Source: Octopus bimaculoides (lineage: Eukaryota). From it: a stretch of 63,918 nucleotides of DNA. The stretch lies in contig NC_068991.1 of assembly GCF_001194135.2 (NCBI RefSeq), positions 6,392,616 through 6,456,533 of the forward strand, written 5' to 3'. Of this stretch, positions 14,052-25,000 are shown piece after piece. The position numbers were made by a program, and so were the translations under genes. The first letter of the stretch is position 1, and each line of letters opens with the position of its first letter. Below the pieces are notes generated by a model that was given only the letters and a program-made list of their open reading frames with translations, did not search any database and was not told the origin of the DNA.

Positions 14052-14176
14052 ATACAAAAATAAGAGGAATGACCAGCAAAAGTGGACTCCTATATGCTAG
14101 AAATAAATGCCGAATCGGCATCTATTTCTAGCATATAGGAGTCCACTTTTGCTGGTCATTCCTCTTATTCTTGTAT
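14052..14176. repeat. Near-perfect 125-bp palindrome (62-bp arms, 2 mismatches, essentially no spacer)
   Basis: atacaaaaataagaggaatgaccagcaaaagtggactcctatatgctagaaataaatgccga-a-tcggcatctatttctagcatataggagtccacttttgctggtcattcctcttattcttgtat. Confidence 0.97.
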
Positions 14177-14631
14177 GTAATATAATTTTAATCTTCGGAT
14201 TTTTTTAATATAAAGTTAATTGCAGAATAAAACCGTTAGGTCATCGACTCAAAAAGCCGTAGCCCACCAACTATATAAAAACAGATAAAAGAACAAAAAT
14301 AATAGTATTAGTAGTGGTAATAATGGTAGTAATGGTAATGATAGAAATAAAAATTAAAATAAAAAGACAAAAATATTGATATTAAAATAATAATAAAAAT
14401 ATGGATACAATGGTAGTATTTATTTTTTATTTATTTTTCATCATGTCTGTACAGTATGTGAGTCGTTAGTCTGCGGAAGTTAAAGCAAGTCACTGAGCAT
14501 GCGTGCATGTCATACGGGAGAGTTCCAATCAGGGGTGGATAATAACCTTATAGGAACCCCCTATATGTGAAGTTGGGCCTATATTACATATTTTAATTCA
14601 TGAAAAACTTTTTCCTGGAATATGTGTTGCT

Positions 14632-14686
14632 GAAATTAGGGTGTGTCTAATATACCCATGCATCTTTTATGCCATCAAGTGCAGTA
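14632..14686. mobile_element. CpG-decayed right terminus of a Tc2/pogo-like element
   Basis: agggtgtgtctaatatacccatgcatcttttatgccatcaagtgcagTA resembles the gggtgcgtcttata...tgcgtcttata...aatacggTA end type. Confidence 0.4.
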
Positions 14687-17639
14687 ATTGGTATTCAGCA
14701 GAGTGTTTATACTAAAATGGTACCTTTCCTATTTTCAAATTAGAATCAAAATCATAAGAATTGTTAAAATCTAAAAGTTAAATCTAGAAATTAATGATTG
14801 AAAATAGTAAGTAAAGCAGTCTAGATTTTTCTCAGATGATAAATTGTAAAATAATTTTTGTCAGACTGTAGAAAAATAGAAGTCAGTGATTTAAGAATGT
14901 AGTTTGTCGAGTGACCTGCATGTGTATTGGTTGTGGATATATTTAAATTGTTTTTGTCTTTGGTATGCTAATTCACTTAGTATCGCATTTTGTTTATTAA
15001 AGAAAAAAAAACCTGGTCTGCAACAACATGCATGCAAATGGTGCTGGCATATGTTTTTTGATGCACTTTCTCTGATTGATTAAAAATAAAGTTTTCAAAT
15101 GATGGTGATCTAAATGAATTGCTTTCCGTATTTCTCTTTTATAACGTAAAGTTTCATTGGACTGTGTTCTGAAATAGCTCTTTGATATTTATATTCCTTT
15201 GTTTTTAAAATGTTTATGGCAGGAAAGGAAATTATACTGGCAGCTGTCTATGCATATTAAGTATCTGGACTGTAGAGTTGATAAATCTCCAACTATTTAC
15301 AGGATTCAGATTCTAGATGTGAAATACAAAACATATTAACTGTAAACTTGTGTATGAACTTAGCAGCTGATGCTACCAAATTTAGAAACGTAGTTTAATG
15401 AGTTTTAAGAATTTAATCTATTGCAACTAGTTATGTATTGTGTTGTTAAATTTTCTTATTGTTAGTCATCATTTTCTTTTTGATCCATCTCCAGTTGAAC
15501 TAAATTTTTTATCCTATTATGTCATTTCTATTTTTCATGCTTGCTTGTGATGCTTGGTTTTAACAAATTCAGATATTTGTATTATGAATTATTGGTGCAA
15601 GTGTATTATTACTAACACCTTTAACTACTTTGGTATTAGCATTCAGTTTAGTAGAAAATTATGTGAATTTACATTAATACTCAAGACAATGTCGTTAACA
15701 GAATTTTACAATAGGCTACAAAACCAAAGGTCAACTCTTTGCTGATTAGAAAAATTCAAGTTAAAAAATTGCTTGATTAAACAATAAACCGACTGTGCTA
15801 AGTTTTGTTTTATCTTTCTTTACAACTGTAATATTAACTTGTCACTGTGAGTTCAAAGATAATGTTTATGCATCAACATGCTTCTCAGTATCATCTTGCA
15901 CAAAACCATTGTTCTTCTCTCACTGTCAGCATCAAATTTACTCCAGCTATGTCATGTGTTCAACCAGAATTCTATTTTCGTTTCTAACTCATGTTCCAGT
16001 TTGTGTTTCTGCATCAGACATGGCTGTCTGCTTAAGAAGTTTGCTTCCCAACTATGCGTTTAAGGTCCAGTCCCACTGCATGGCACCTTTGGCAAATGTC
16101 TTCTACTGTAGCCCTGGGCTAACTAAAGCCCTGTGTGTGGATTTCATAGAAGGAAACTGAAAGAAGCTTGTCATTGACATATATATGTGTGTGTGTGTGT
16201 GTGTGTATTGCTTGTGTCTGTGTGTCCCTTTGTCTTCACGTCATGTGATGGTTGTAAGCACGTATCACCATCATACAAGGGATGTCCATTTTCAGTCTAA
16301 CATGAAAAGGATGTCTGGCTTTGGGGAAATATTACCTTGCTTAGAAACAGGTGAGGGTTGGTGACAGGAAAGGCATCCAACTTAAGAAAATCCTCCTCAA
16401 CAAATTCTGTCTGAACTGTGAAAGTATGCAGAAGTGAACACTAAATGACAGAACTCTCCATAACAACCTTCAACTAACAACTTATTCTGATGAAATCCTT
16501 TCTCAGTTTGACTTTTATCTGTAAAAGGATTATATTTAAGACATAATCTCTATAAGTCTTCTCCTATTTGATAATCAATAGCTTACTAGACATCAGATTA
16601 AAATACAATTTCAACCAGTTAGCTTTTAATTTTATATCATTTGGTACTAAGTATTATTATTACTACACTTATCTACATCCATACATTTCAATTAAAATTA
16701 GCGTATATAAAGTAATAATAAAACTGATATATATATATATATATATATATATGTGGCATGTAAAAAGCACCATTCGAGTGTGGGTCGTTGCCAGTGCCAC
16801 CTGACTGGTTCCTGTGCCAGTGGCACATAAAAAGCACCATTCAAGCGTGGTCAATGCTAGTACCACCTGACTGGCCCTTGTGGCACATAAAAAGCACTCA
16901 CTACACTCTCGGAGTGGTTGGTGTTAGGAAGGGCATCCAGCTGTAGAAACCTCGTCAGATCAGATTGCAGCCTGGTGCAGCCTTCCGGCTTGCCAGTCCG
17001 CAGTCAAACCATCCAAGTAAGTTTTATCTATATATGTATACACGAAGGGCTTCTTTCAGTTTCTGTCTACCAAATCCACTCACAAGGCTTTGGTCGGCCT
17101 GAGGCTATAATAGAAGACACTTGCCCTAGGTTTCATGCAGTGNNNNNNNNNNGAGGCTATAATAGAAGACACTTGCCCTAGGTTTCATGCAGTGGGACTG
17201 AACCTGGAACCATGTGGTTGGTAAGCAAGCTTCTTACCACACAGCCACTCCTGCATATATATATATATATTACTAAATGATTTTGACCTGATGCAGTTTC
17301 TTCTTTCTTGCCAAGTGACTTTATGGTTGTAGCCTGAATATTTATTGATTTGCCTTGTTTTCTCTCATTCTGAATTTTGTGTTTAATTTGGGATGTTGGA
17401 GGTGATTTGCTTTCAGAAACTCCACTCATGTAAAAATAGTGGTTTGTTTTGCATTGGACTAATAGCAGACTACTAGTGTTTACTAAGTGGTAAAGTGCTG
17501 ACCGTTTTGTGTAGCATTTCAATTTATGACCTTCTGGTTAGTAGTTCACCACCATATGACCACCAAACTTTCATTTTCTATTTAGAAAGCTATGCTGATT
17601 CTTTCTCTCCCCACCTCTATCTCCCCCTCTTTCTCTCTC

Positions 17640-17695
<56 letters not shown>

Positions 17696-20600
17696 NNNNN
17701 NNNNNNNNNNNNNNNNNNNNNNNNNNNNNNNNNNNNNNNNNNNNNNNNNNNNNNNNNNNNNNNNNNNNNNNNNNNNNNNNNNNNNNNNNNNNNNNNNNNN
17801 NNNNNNNNNNNNNNNNNNNNNNNNNNNNNNNNNNNNNNNNNNNNNNGTTAGCACGCCGGGCGAAATGCTTAGCGGTATTTCGTTTGTCTTTACGTTCTGA
17901 GTTCAAATTCCGCCGAGGTTGACTTTGCCTTTCATTCTTTCGGGGTCGATAAATTAAGTACCGGTTGCATACTAGGGTCAATCTAATCGACTGCCCCCCC
18001 CCTCCCCCCAAATTTCGGGCCTTGTGCCTAGAGTAGAAAAGTACACACACACACACATATATATATATATATCCTCACGTACTTACATCCACACATTTAT
18101 GTATGTTTTGTGTTTACATTTTTTGTTTTTGTGACATTAGCTGATTTAATTTACAATGGTTTTGCAAAAATGCATTTTCCCCCCTTTGTCTGTTGATGTG
18201 TAATAATAAAGAGTTCTAAATCTGTGTCCTTTCTTCATAATAAAGTAATTTTCTCATGCCACTACTTAGGTTAACAAATAAAGCTGCCATCTTGAAATAC
18301 ATTTTGTTGACAAGTCATTTGACATAGTCCCACGGATTTAGCATCAAATTATGTTTCACTCATTTTTGCTGTGATACGTATTTATAGTTTTCGTTTTCTT
18401 TTTCTTAGTTTTTTTTTTATATATATATATATTAAACTTCACTTTTGTCTCCTCAAAGAAATTATATTTCATATACATACAGTTTCCTTCCTCTTCCTTA
18501 CACCATCACCACCATCACCACCACAATACTTGATGCTGCACTTGATATAAGGGATAATACTGATAATTAGGGGACTTAATCTGTTTACTAAGGGGATTTA
18601 GTTATTAGTAGTCATGAGACCAGTAGCTGCTAGAGCTTATTAGCGATAAGAGGTTTAATTTTCTTAGCTCTCTTCTTCTCCTAAAACTTATTAATAACTG
18701 AATGAATCAGGCCAGTCTGTTACAGATATCTCGGATAAACTTGCTGAATTCAATAACAATGAAATTTCTATCTATAGTTCCTTCTCTTTTGGTAATAAAA
18801 ACATTTTTCTAGATTAAATTTTGTTTTCTTTTCTTGTTTTATCTTAAAATTATTTCTAATCATTTAAAACTTAAATACTACATCTAAAACACTGATTTTC
18901 TGGACACTGATGACCCAGAATCTCATATAATCTGCTATAATTTATGAGCAGTAACTTCAAATTCCTGCAGTCACCATACATAAGTAAATAGGGTATTTCA
19001 TTCCTTTTGTGAAGGATGCTTAATTCTACAGGCTCACATAATTTAACTGTTGGAAATATGTGTCTGATTTTCTGGGACCACCAATTTCTCTTGGTTGCAT
19101 CCTGCCTGAAATTTATACTTGCAAATTGTAGCTAACTGTTACTCTGTGAAGGTATTATTTTAAATTTAATTTGAGCTGTTTAAGAGTCAAGAAAAGCTCT
19201 ATAAGTTTATATTTCTGATTACAATGTAATTTTAACATTTCTTGCTGCATACACTTTAAGCTGATATTTTGAAACTACTTGCATATTAATGCAAGTAATT
19301 AATGATCATCAACAATAATTAATGATCATATTAGCACATTTATAAAGTACCCATTGATACTGAAAAAGTTAAGTAGAAGACACTTGCCCCAAGTTGCCAG
19401 ACAGTAGGACTGAACCTGGAATCACATGGTTAGGAAATGAGCTTCTTAACCACACAGCCATCCCTGTGCATCTGTTGATGCTAATTTGTAATGGCCCATC
19501 ACATGCCGAAACATCAGCATTTCAGTATGTTAGTGTTAGCATATTTAATGTGTGACTCATTAAAAAACTAATTTAAAATAAATATACAGTTGAGGAATAA
19601 ACAAATTTTAGTCAATGTTTCATATTATTTTAATTCTTCCAGCAAGCACAGGAGACAACTCCAGACATATTTTGAGTTCAGTCAGAACCACATAGGCAAA
19701 AACATAGCCTTCACTGTACTTGCTGAAGAACTGTTAAAATAATCATTAAGTTAATGTGCAAAATTTTGCAAAATTATACATTAGATGGTGTGAGGCCAGC
19801 ATTTGAGGCACTCATCAAATTCTTTGTTAGGCTTTAATCGCACATCTCAGTTCATAGTACAAGAATATTTCCTTACTCAGCAAGAACATATAAACATTTA
19901 GAGATATTTATTGGAGGCATTTCATATGAAACTATTTTTGCAGTTTATCTGATAAAATAATTTGCATGTTACTGAGGAGCAGTGTTCATGTTTATTTTTT
20001 TGGTGGGAAGTAGATTTTATATTTAGAAAGTATTTGACATATTATTACTTGTCCTTTTTTTGTTTTTTGTACTTTTCTTCAAATTTAATTTATAATTAAA
20101 ATACATGGCATAGCTTTATCAAAAATTCAGCTGAAGTCATCAAAAAAAAAAATCTTCATATGTAATCTGTCTCATGAGATCATAGTTTTATAGGCTCAGG
20201 CGCGGCTGTCTGGTAAGAAGTTTGTTTCCCAACCATGTGGTCTTTTGGTTCAGTTCCACTGCATGACATCTTGGGCAAGTGTTTTCACTATTGTCCAGGG
20301 CTCACTAAAGCCTTGTGAGTGGATTTGATAGACAAAAACTCTGTGTGTGTGTGAGAAAGAGAAAACCTATCATGTGTATATCTATATGTGTGTGTGTGCC
20401 TTTGTCCCTCACTACCACTTAACCACCAGTGTTGGTTTCTTTATCTCCCCATAACTTAGTAGTTCAGCAAAAAAGGGAAACAGAATAAGCACCAGGCTTA
20501 AAAATAAGAACTGGGTTCCATTTGTTTGACTAAACTTTTCAAAGTGGTGCTCCAGCATGGCCGCATTCCAAAGACTGCAACAAGCAAAACATAGAAGATA

Positions 20601-20800
20601 TATTTTATGATAAGCAGAGGAATTCATAGAATTAGCTTTTATTCCAAGTCTATAAGTTTTAGGTGCATAAGAAATATTTTTTCCCTTGGATGGGTGGGAC
20701 ATTAACCTATCACTGGGTTTGATCTCCAACAATGTGTTACCCATGCAAGGTTTCAGCATCTCTTGCCAAAACTGACTTCATTAATTAACTGATCATAAAC

Positions 20801-21192
20801 AGGCACAGGAGTGGCTGTGTGGTAAGTAGTTTGCTTATCAACCACATGGTTCCGAGTTCAGTCCCATTGCATGGCACCTTGGGCAAGTGTCTTCTACTAT
20901 AGCCTCTGGCCGACCAAAGCCTTGTGAGTAGATTTGGTAGACGGAAACTGAAAGAAGCCTGTCGTATATATATATGTGTGTGTGTGTGTCTGTGTTTGTT
21001 CCCCCACCATCGCTTGACAATTGATGTTGGTGTGTAACTTAGTGGTTTGGCAAAAGAGACCGATAGAATAAGTACTAGGCTTACAAAGAAAATAGGTCCT
21101 GGGGTCGATTTGTTCGACTAAAGGTGGTGCTCCAGCATGGCCGCAGTCAAATGACTGAAACAAAAAAAAAAAGAAAAAGCAAGTAAAAGAAA
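20801..21192 (+). mobile_element. tRNA-derived SINE family A, near full length (representative copy)
   Basis: Box A tggctgtgtgg, box B-like gagttcagtccc, a gggcaagtgtcttctactatagcct core, a (TA/TG)n linker and an atgactgaaac..aaag tail. Confidence 0.9.
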
Positions 21193-21360
21193 GATGATGT
21201 GTGTTGCATAGGTCTCGTTGAGATTTGAGTCACGTATCTATGTGTACAAACAGGATGTAGTTAATTATTAGAGTAGAAGATGTTTTGGAACAGCTGTTTT
21301 GTCATCATTGATTCCACACCAACTTATTTGACATCAGGCGTTTTAATGTTTCTCTCATTC

Positions 21361-21397
<37 letters not shown>

Positions 21398-21867
21398 TTG
21401 TGAGTGTGTTTCTCTTTATCTGCATAAGACGGAATGTGTTTAAGTCAGTTGTGTTCAATTAATATATCTTGTAATGTCTCTGTCTGTCTCTCTCTCTCTC
21501 TTTGCTAGTTTTTCTCTACATGTTTCTGATCACACACACGCGCATATATGTGTATGACTGCGTTTGGTTCTGTTGCCAAAACCCGGCTGACTGTCCAGTC
21601 AGCTGTTCCAAATCATGTGTGTCCAAAGAGCTGCACCAAATTGTCTCATTCTGAGATGATTAATGCCAACAGTTTCTCACTTTACTCATTCTCGACTCTT
21701 TTATCCCCCATCCTTTCACCTAGGTACAACTAGTAATGACTTCAAAATTCCGGCTGCTGTTAGTTAGTGGCTATTGATTTTATTTGTTGTATCAAAATCA
21801 AACAGAACTAGCTTATTTGAATGAATATACCTTTTTTTTTCTTTCTTTTTTTTTTTTGTCTCTCCAG

Positions 21868-22013
21868 ATTTAAAATGATTTCAATATTGAAGAGCTTTAC
21901 TATAAACAGTGTCTTGTTTTATCAATTCTGATTAGAAATTCATAGTGTTGAATGTTGCATGAAGTTCTGGTTGCTGAATCTGGTTGTAATTTGTATAAAT
22001 ACTGTTTAAAAAT
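21868..22013 (+). other. Candidate 5' UTR exon (146 nt)
   Basis: Very long polypyrimidine tract ending tctccag| and a consensus donor AAT|GTAAGT; unique sequence; contains upstream ATGs. Confidence 0.5.
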
Positions 22014-25000
22014 GTAAGTGTATATTTATCATTCTATCTTAGTTTACCGTTTACTAACTTCTTAGGTATATCTTAAGTCCAAGCACTAAATAAGGATGAA
22101 GCTTAGCCTGGTTTACATGACATATAAGGGATTGAGATTACAACAGGCACCACTGAACAGGATGATGTTTCATCACAGGATCAACTCCCCATCTATTGCT
22201 GAAACACATTTTCAGTCGAGTGAAGTGGAGCTATGTTAAATGAAGCATTGCACTGCCCGAACTGGGAATCGAAACTATGCTTTTATGATCACGAATGCAG
22301 CACCTTATAATGACTAGGCCACTCACCTTCACAGCTGATTCCTAAAACGAAAGAAAATTTCAAACCGAGTTGTTGAGACTAGATAAGAAAATCAGATTCA
22401 AGACTTTTAAAACTGATCTGCACAAGTCAGTTGAAGGGAGATGCTTTTAGCCTTAGATGAAAAAAAGTGTTTCAATGAAACTGTTTTTTTTAATTTACAT
22501 TTCTTGGTGTAAAGTAATTTTTATTGAAACATAATTTATGCCTTTTAATTTAGAATATGCTTTCAGTGCTATGAACAAAAAAATGAAGAAAAAAATTATC
22601 GACTATTTCTCTGTTGTACTGTTGGCTGAATTCCAATGTTCTTTGAAAAATTTTCTCCTGAACTTTATTTTTCATGTTTAAGTGACAATTTATGAATTGC
22701 ATTTTTTATTAGGAAATGAACTTCTTATCTTCATCATCATCATCATCATCATCATCATAATGTTACTTTTCCTTGCTTGCATGGCAAATTTTCAATAACC
22801 AGATGCCCTTTCTGGCACCAACCCATATTTATTTTCAAGTAAGTTAATCTTTTCCCATAGCCAGACATGTTTTCACAGAAGATCTGAAATGAAGGACAGT
22901 GACCCTTGTTTACAGCTGTCACATAGTGTCAAGGGGACAATAACTAACACACACACACACACACACACGATGGGTTTCTACCCCACAGTGGGGACTAAAC
23001 TTGAAACCATGTAGTTGGGAAGCAAACTTCTAACCCTAAAGCCACTTCATTCATTAAAATGAATACTTTTTGGGATTAGCAGGAAGAAGGAACTTAAGCG
23101 ATTTGTAAAGGAAATAGAAAGCTCCTTAGAAAGTACTGCTTCCAGTTTATGAAATTCTTAACATCCAAAGCAGATAAATGCTATTACATAAGGTAAGAGA
23201 TCAATCTGAAGAAGATATCAGCTAACCATAAGAGTATACCTTAGAAATTTAATGATTTTTTTTTTTTTTCCATCTGTTTTCATAATCTTTTTGGTCTTGA
23301 TTTCTTTTTCTTGGTATAGGAATTATTTAGTTCTGAACTTCTGATTTCTTGAAATCTTTTCGGCTTAAAGCTAGTAATTCTGTTCCTCCTTACCTTTAAT
23401 CATATGTACATAATTATTTTGATAATGTTCTTTCCTGCTTTGTGATGAAGTATTGATATTAGGAGGTCACCTTAAAAACATGTTCCTACAATCCAAGCAA
23501 ATGTTTGAAATTTGCTTAACTAAACATTTTAGCAATGACTGTAAAACAGCTAACTGACTTACCTTACCAAACAGCTAAGCGCATGGTAAAACAGTTAAAT
23601 ATGTTGCTTAAATAAACATTGGCTAGCAGAGTTTTACAAAAGTAAAAATTTTAAATAAAATTCCAGGTGTGTGTGTAGGTGCAGGTGTGGTTGTGTGGTT
23701 AAAAAACTCACTTCTCAGTTGTGTGGTCTTGGGCTCAGTTGCACTGTGCAGCACCTTGAGCACTTGGCTTCTGCTATAGCCCTGGGTCAGCCAATGCTTC
23801 GTGTATGGATCTGCTAAACAGAAACTGAAAGAAGGCGGCGAGCTGGCAGAAACGTTAGCACACCGGGCGAAATGCTTTGCGGTAGTTCGTTGTTTACTTC
23901 CCTGTTTGGCAAAAGAGGCCAATAGAATAAGTATCAGGCTCAGAAAATGAATACTAAATCTACAAGATGCTGCCCCAGCTTGGCCAGAGTCTGAAGATTG
24001 AAACCAGTAAAAAGATGAAAGCTAAAGAAAGACCAAGTGTTTGAAGCATAAGACCCCTCTTCTTCCTCGTAGCATAAAACACAATTCCACTGTTTTATTA
24101 TTTCAGAATTGTGAAGTTTACTTTAGTTTAGAATGTAGAACATTGTTAAATATGCTATTCAGTGCCTTCCCACTTCTTTTAAATGGAATTTGTAAGTAGT
24201 AACAAGGACAACGGGACTTTTGTTTAAAGTATAAGTTGATGTTGTTGAGAGAAAAAAAAATGAAGGAAAATGGTGTTTATTGAAGATGTGAAAAATGTTC
24301 TGACAGCAAAGTGGGGATTGTGGAATTGTTGTGGTGTTATTTAAAAGATTATATGATCATATTAAAAAGATATTTCCAACTTGACCAGCTCCAGATTTTT
24401 CTTGAAGTCAGTAACCCAGTTTTTTGATACATTTTAATAAATTGCTTTAATTTAAAAACATCATTTTTGGTAGTCTTCTCTTTATTTTTTATAATATATG
24501 GCTATAGTCAAACAAAATTGAAAAAGTTTTTTTTTCTTCCCTCTACCAAATACAAATTTTTGACAACCTTCTCCAATTTAATAAATTGCTTAAGTTTTAA
24601 AACTAAATATTAAAAACAAAATGTTTACAAAATAAAAACTGCCAGCATTTTATCTTGGCAGCATGTTGAATGTTGTCAATTTGACTTGAGACATTTTGTC
24701 TGTTCACACCAAATGATGACCTGTGTATCTTTTAGAAATAAATCTTTAAAGTCAGATTAATATTCTTTAAACAAACAAAAAAAGAATGCATTTTTATACA
24801 TTAAATGTGAATGTGTGAACAGAAAGAGAATAATAATAAGTGCTTATATTGGACTGAAACTTGCAGTTATAGCTTGAAATCCAGTCTAACTTTAAACCTT
24901 TGCCTGTCTAATAAGTTTGTCCCAAACATCCATGGTTGTTTTCAGGTTTTTAGTTAACTCTTGTTTCATATACTCTGTTTCCTTTCATAAGTTCCAAGTT

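Larger units (their letters stand above)
13524..14562. mobile_element. Non-autonomous TIR DNA transposon, ISL2EU/PHIS-like (1039 bp)
   Basis: TIRs AGGGCTTTCCTATAAG / CTTATAGGAACCCCCT (14 of 16 match), flanked by AT on both sides. The inverted subterminal motif AACTTCCGCAGACTA occurs at both ends. Carries a SAP-domain ORF and retains its CpGs. Confidence 0.75.

Noticed and set aside
16755-16900. Three spaced repeats (tgccagtgccacctgactgg..ggcacataaaaagcac) superficially resembling a CRISPR array
   Set aside because: They are internal tandem units of SINE family C with non-unique spacers, in a eukaryotic context.
17101-17194. 42-bp direct repeat around a 10-N gap
   Set aside because: Identical SINE sequence on both sides of a minimal gap is most likely an unmerged contig overlap.
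24711-24800. Box C-like ATGATGA motifs (also near 18908 and 59880)
   Set aside because: No properly spaced box D (CTGA) with a terminal stem, so no snoRNA is called.
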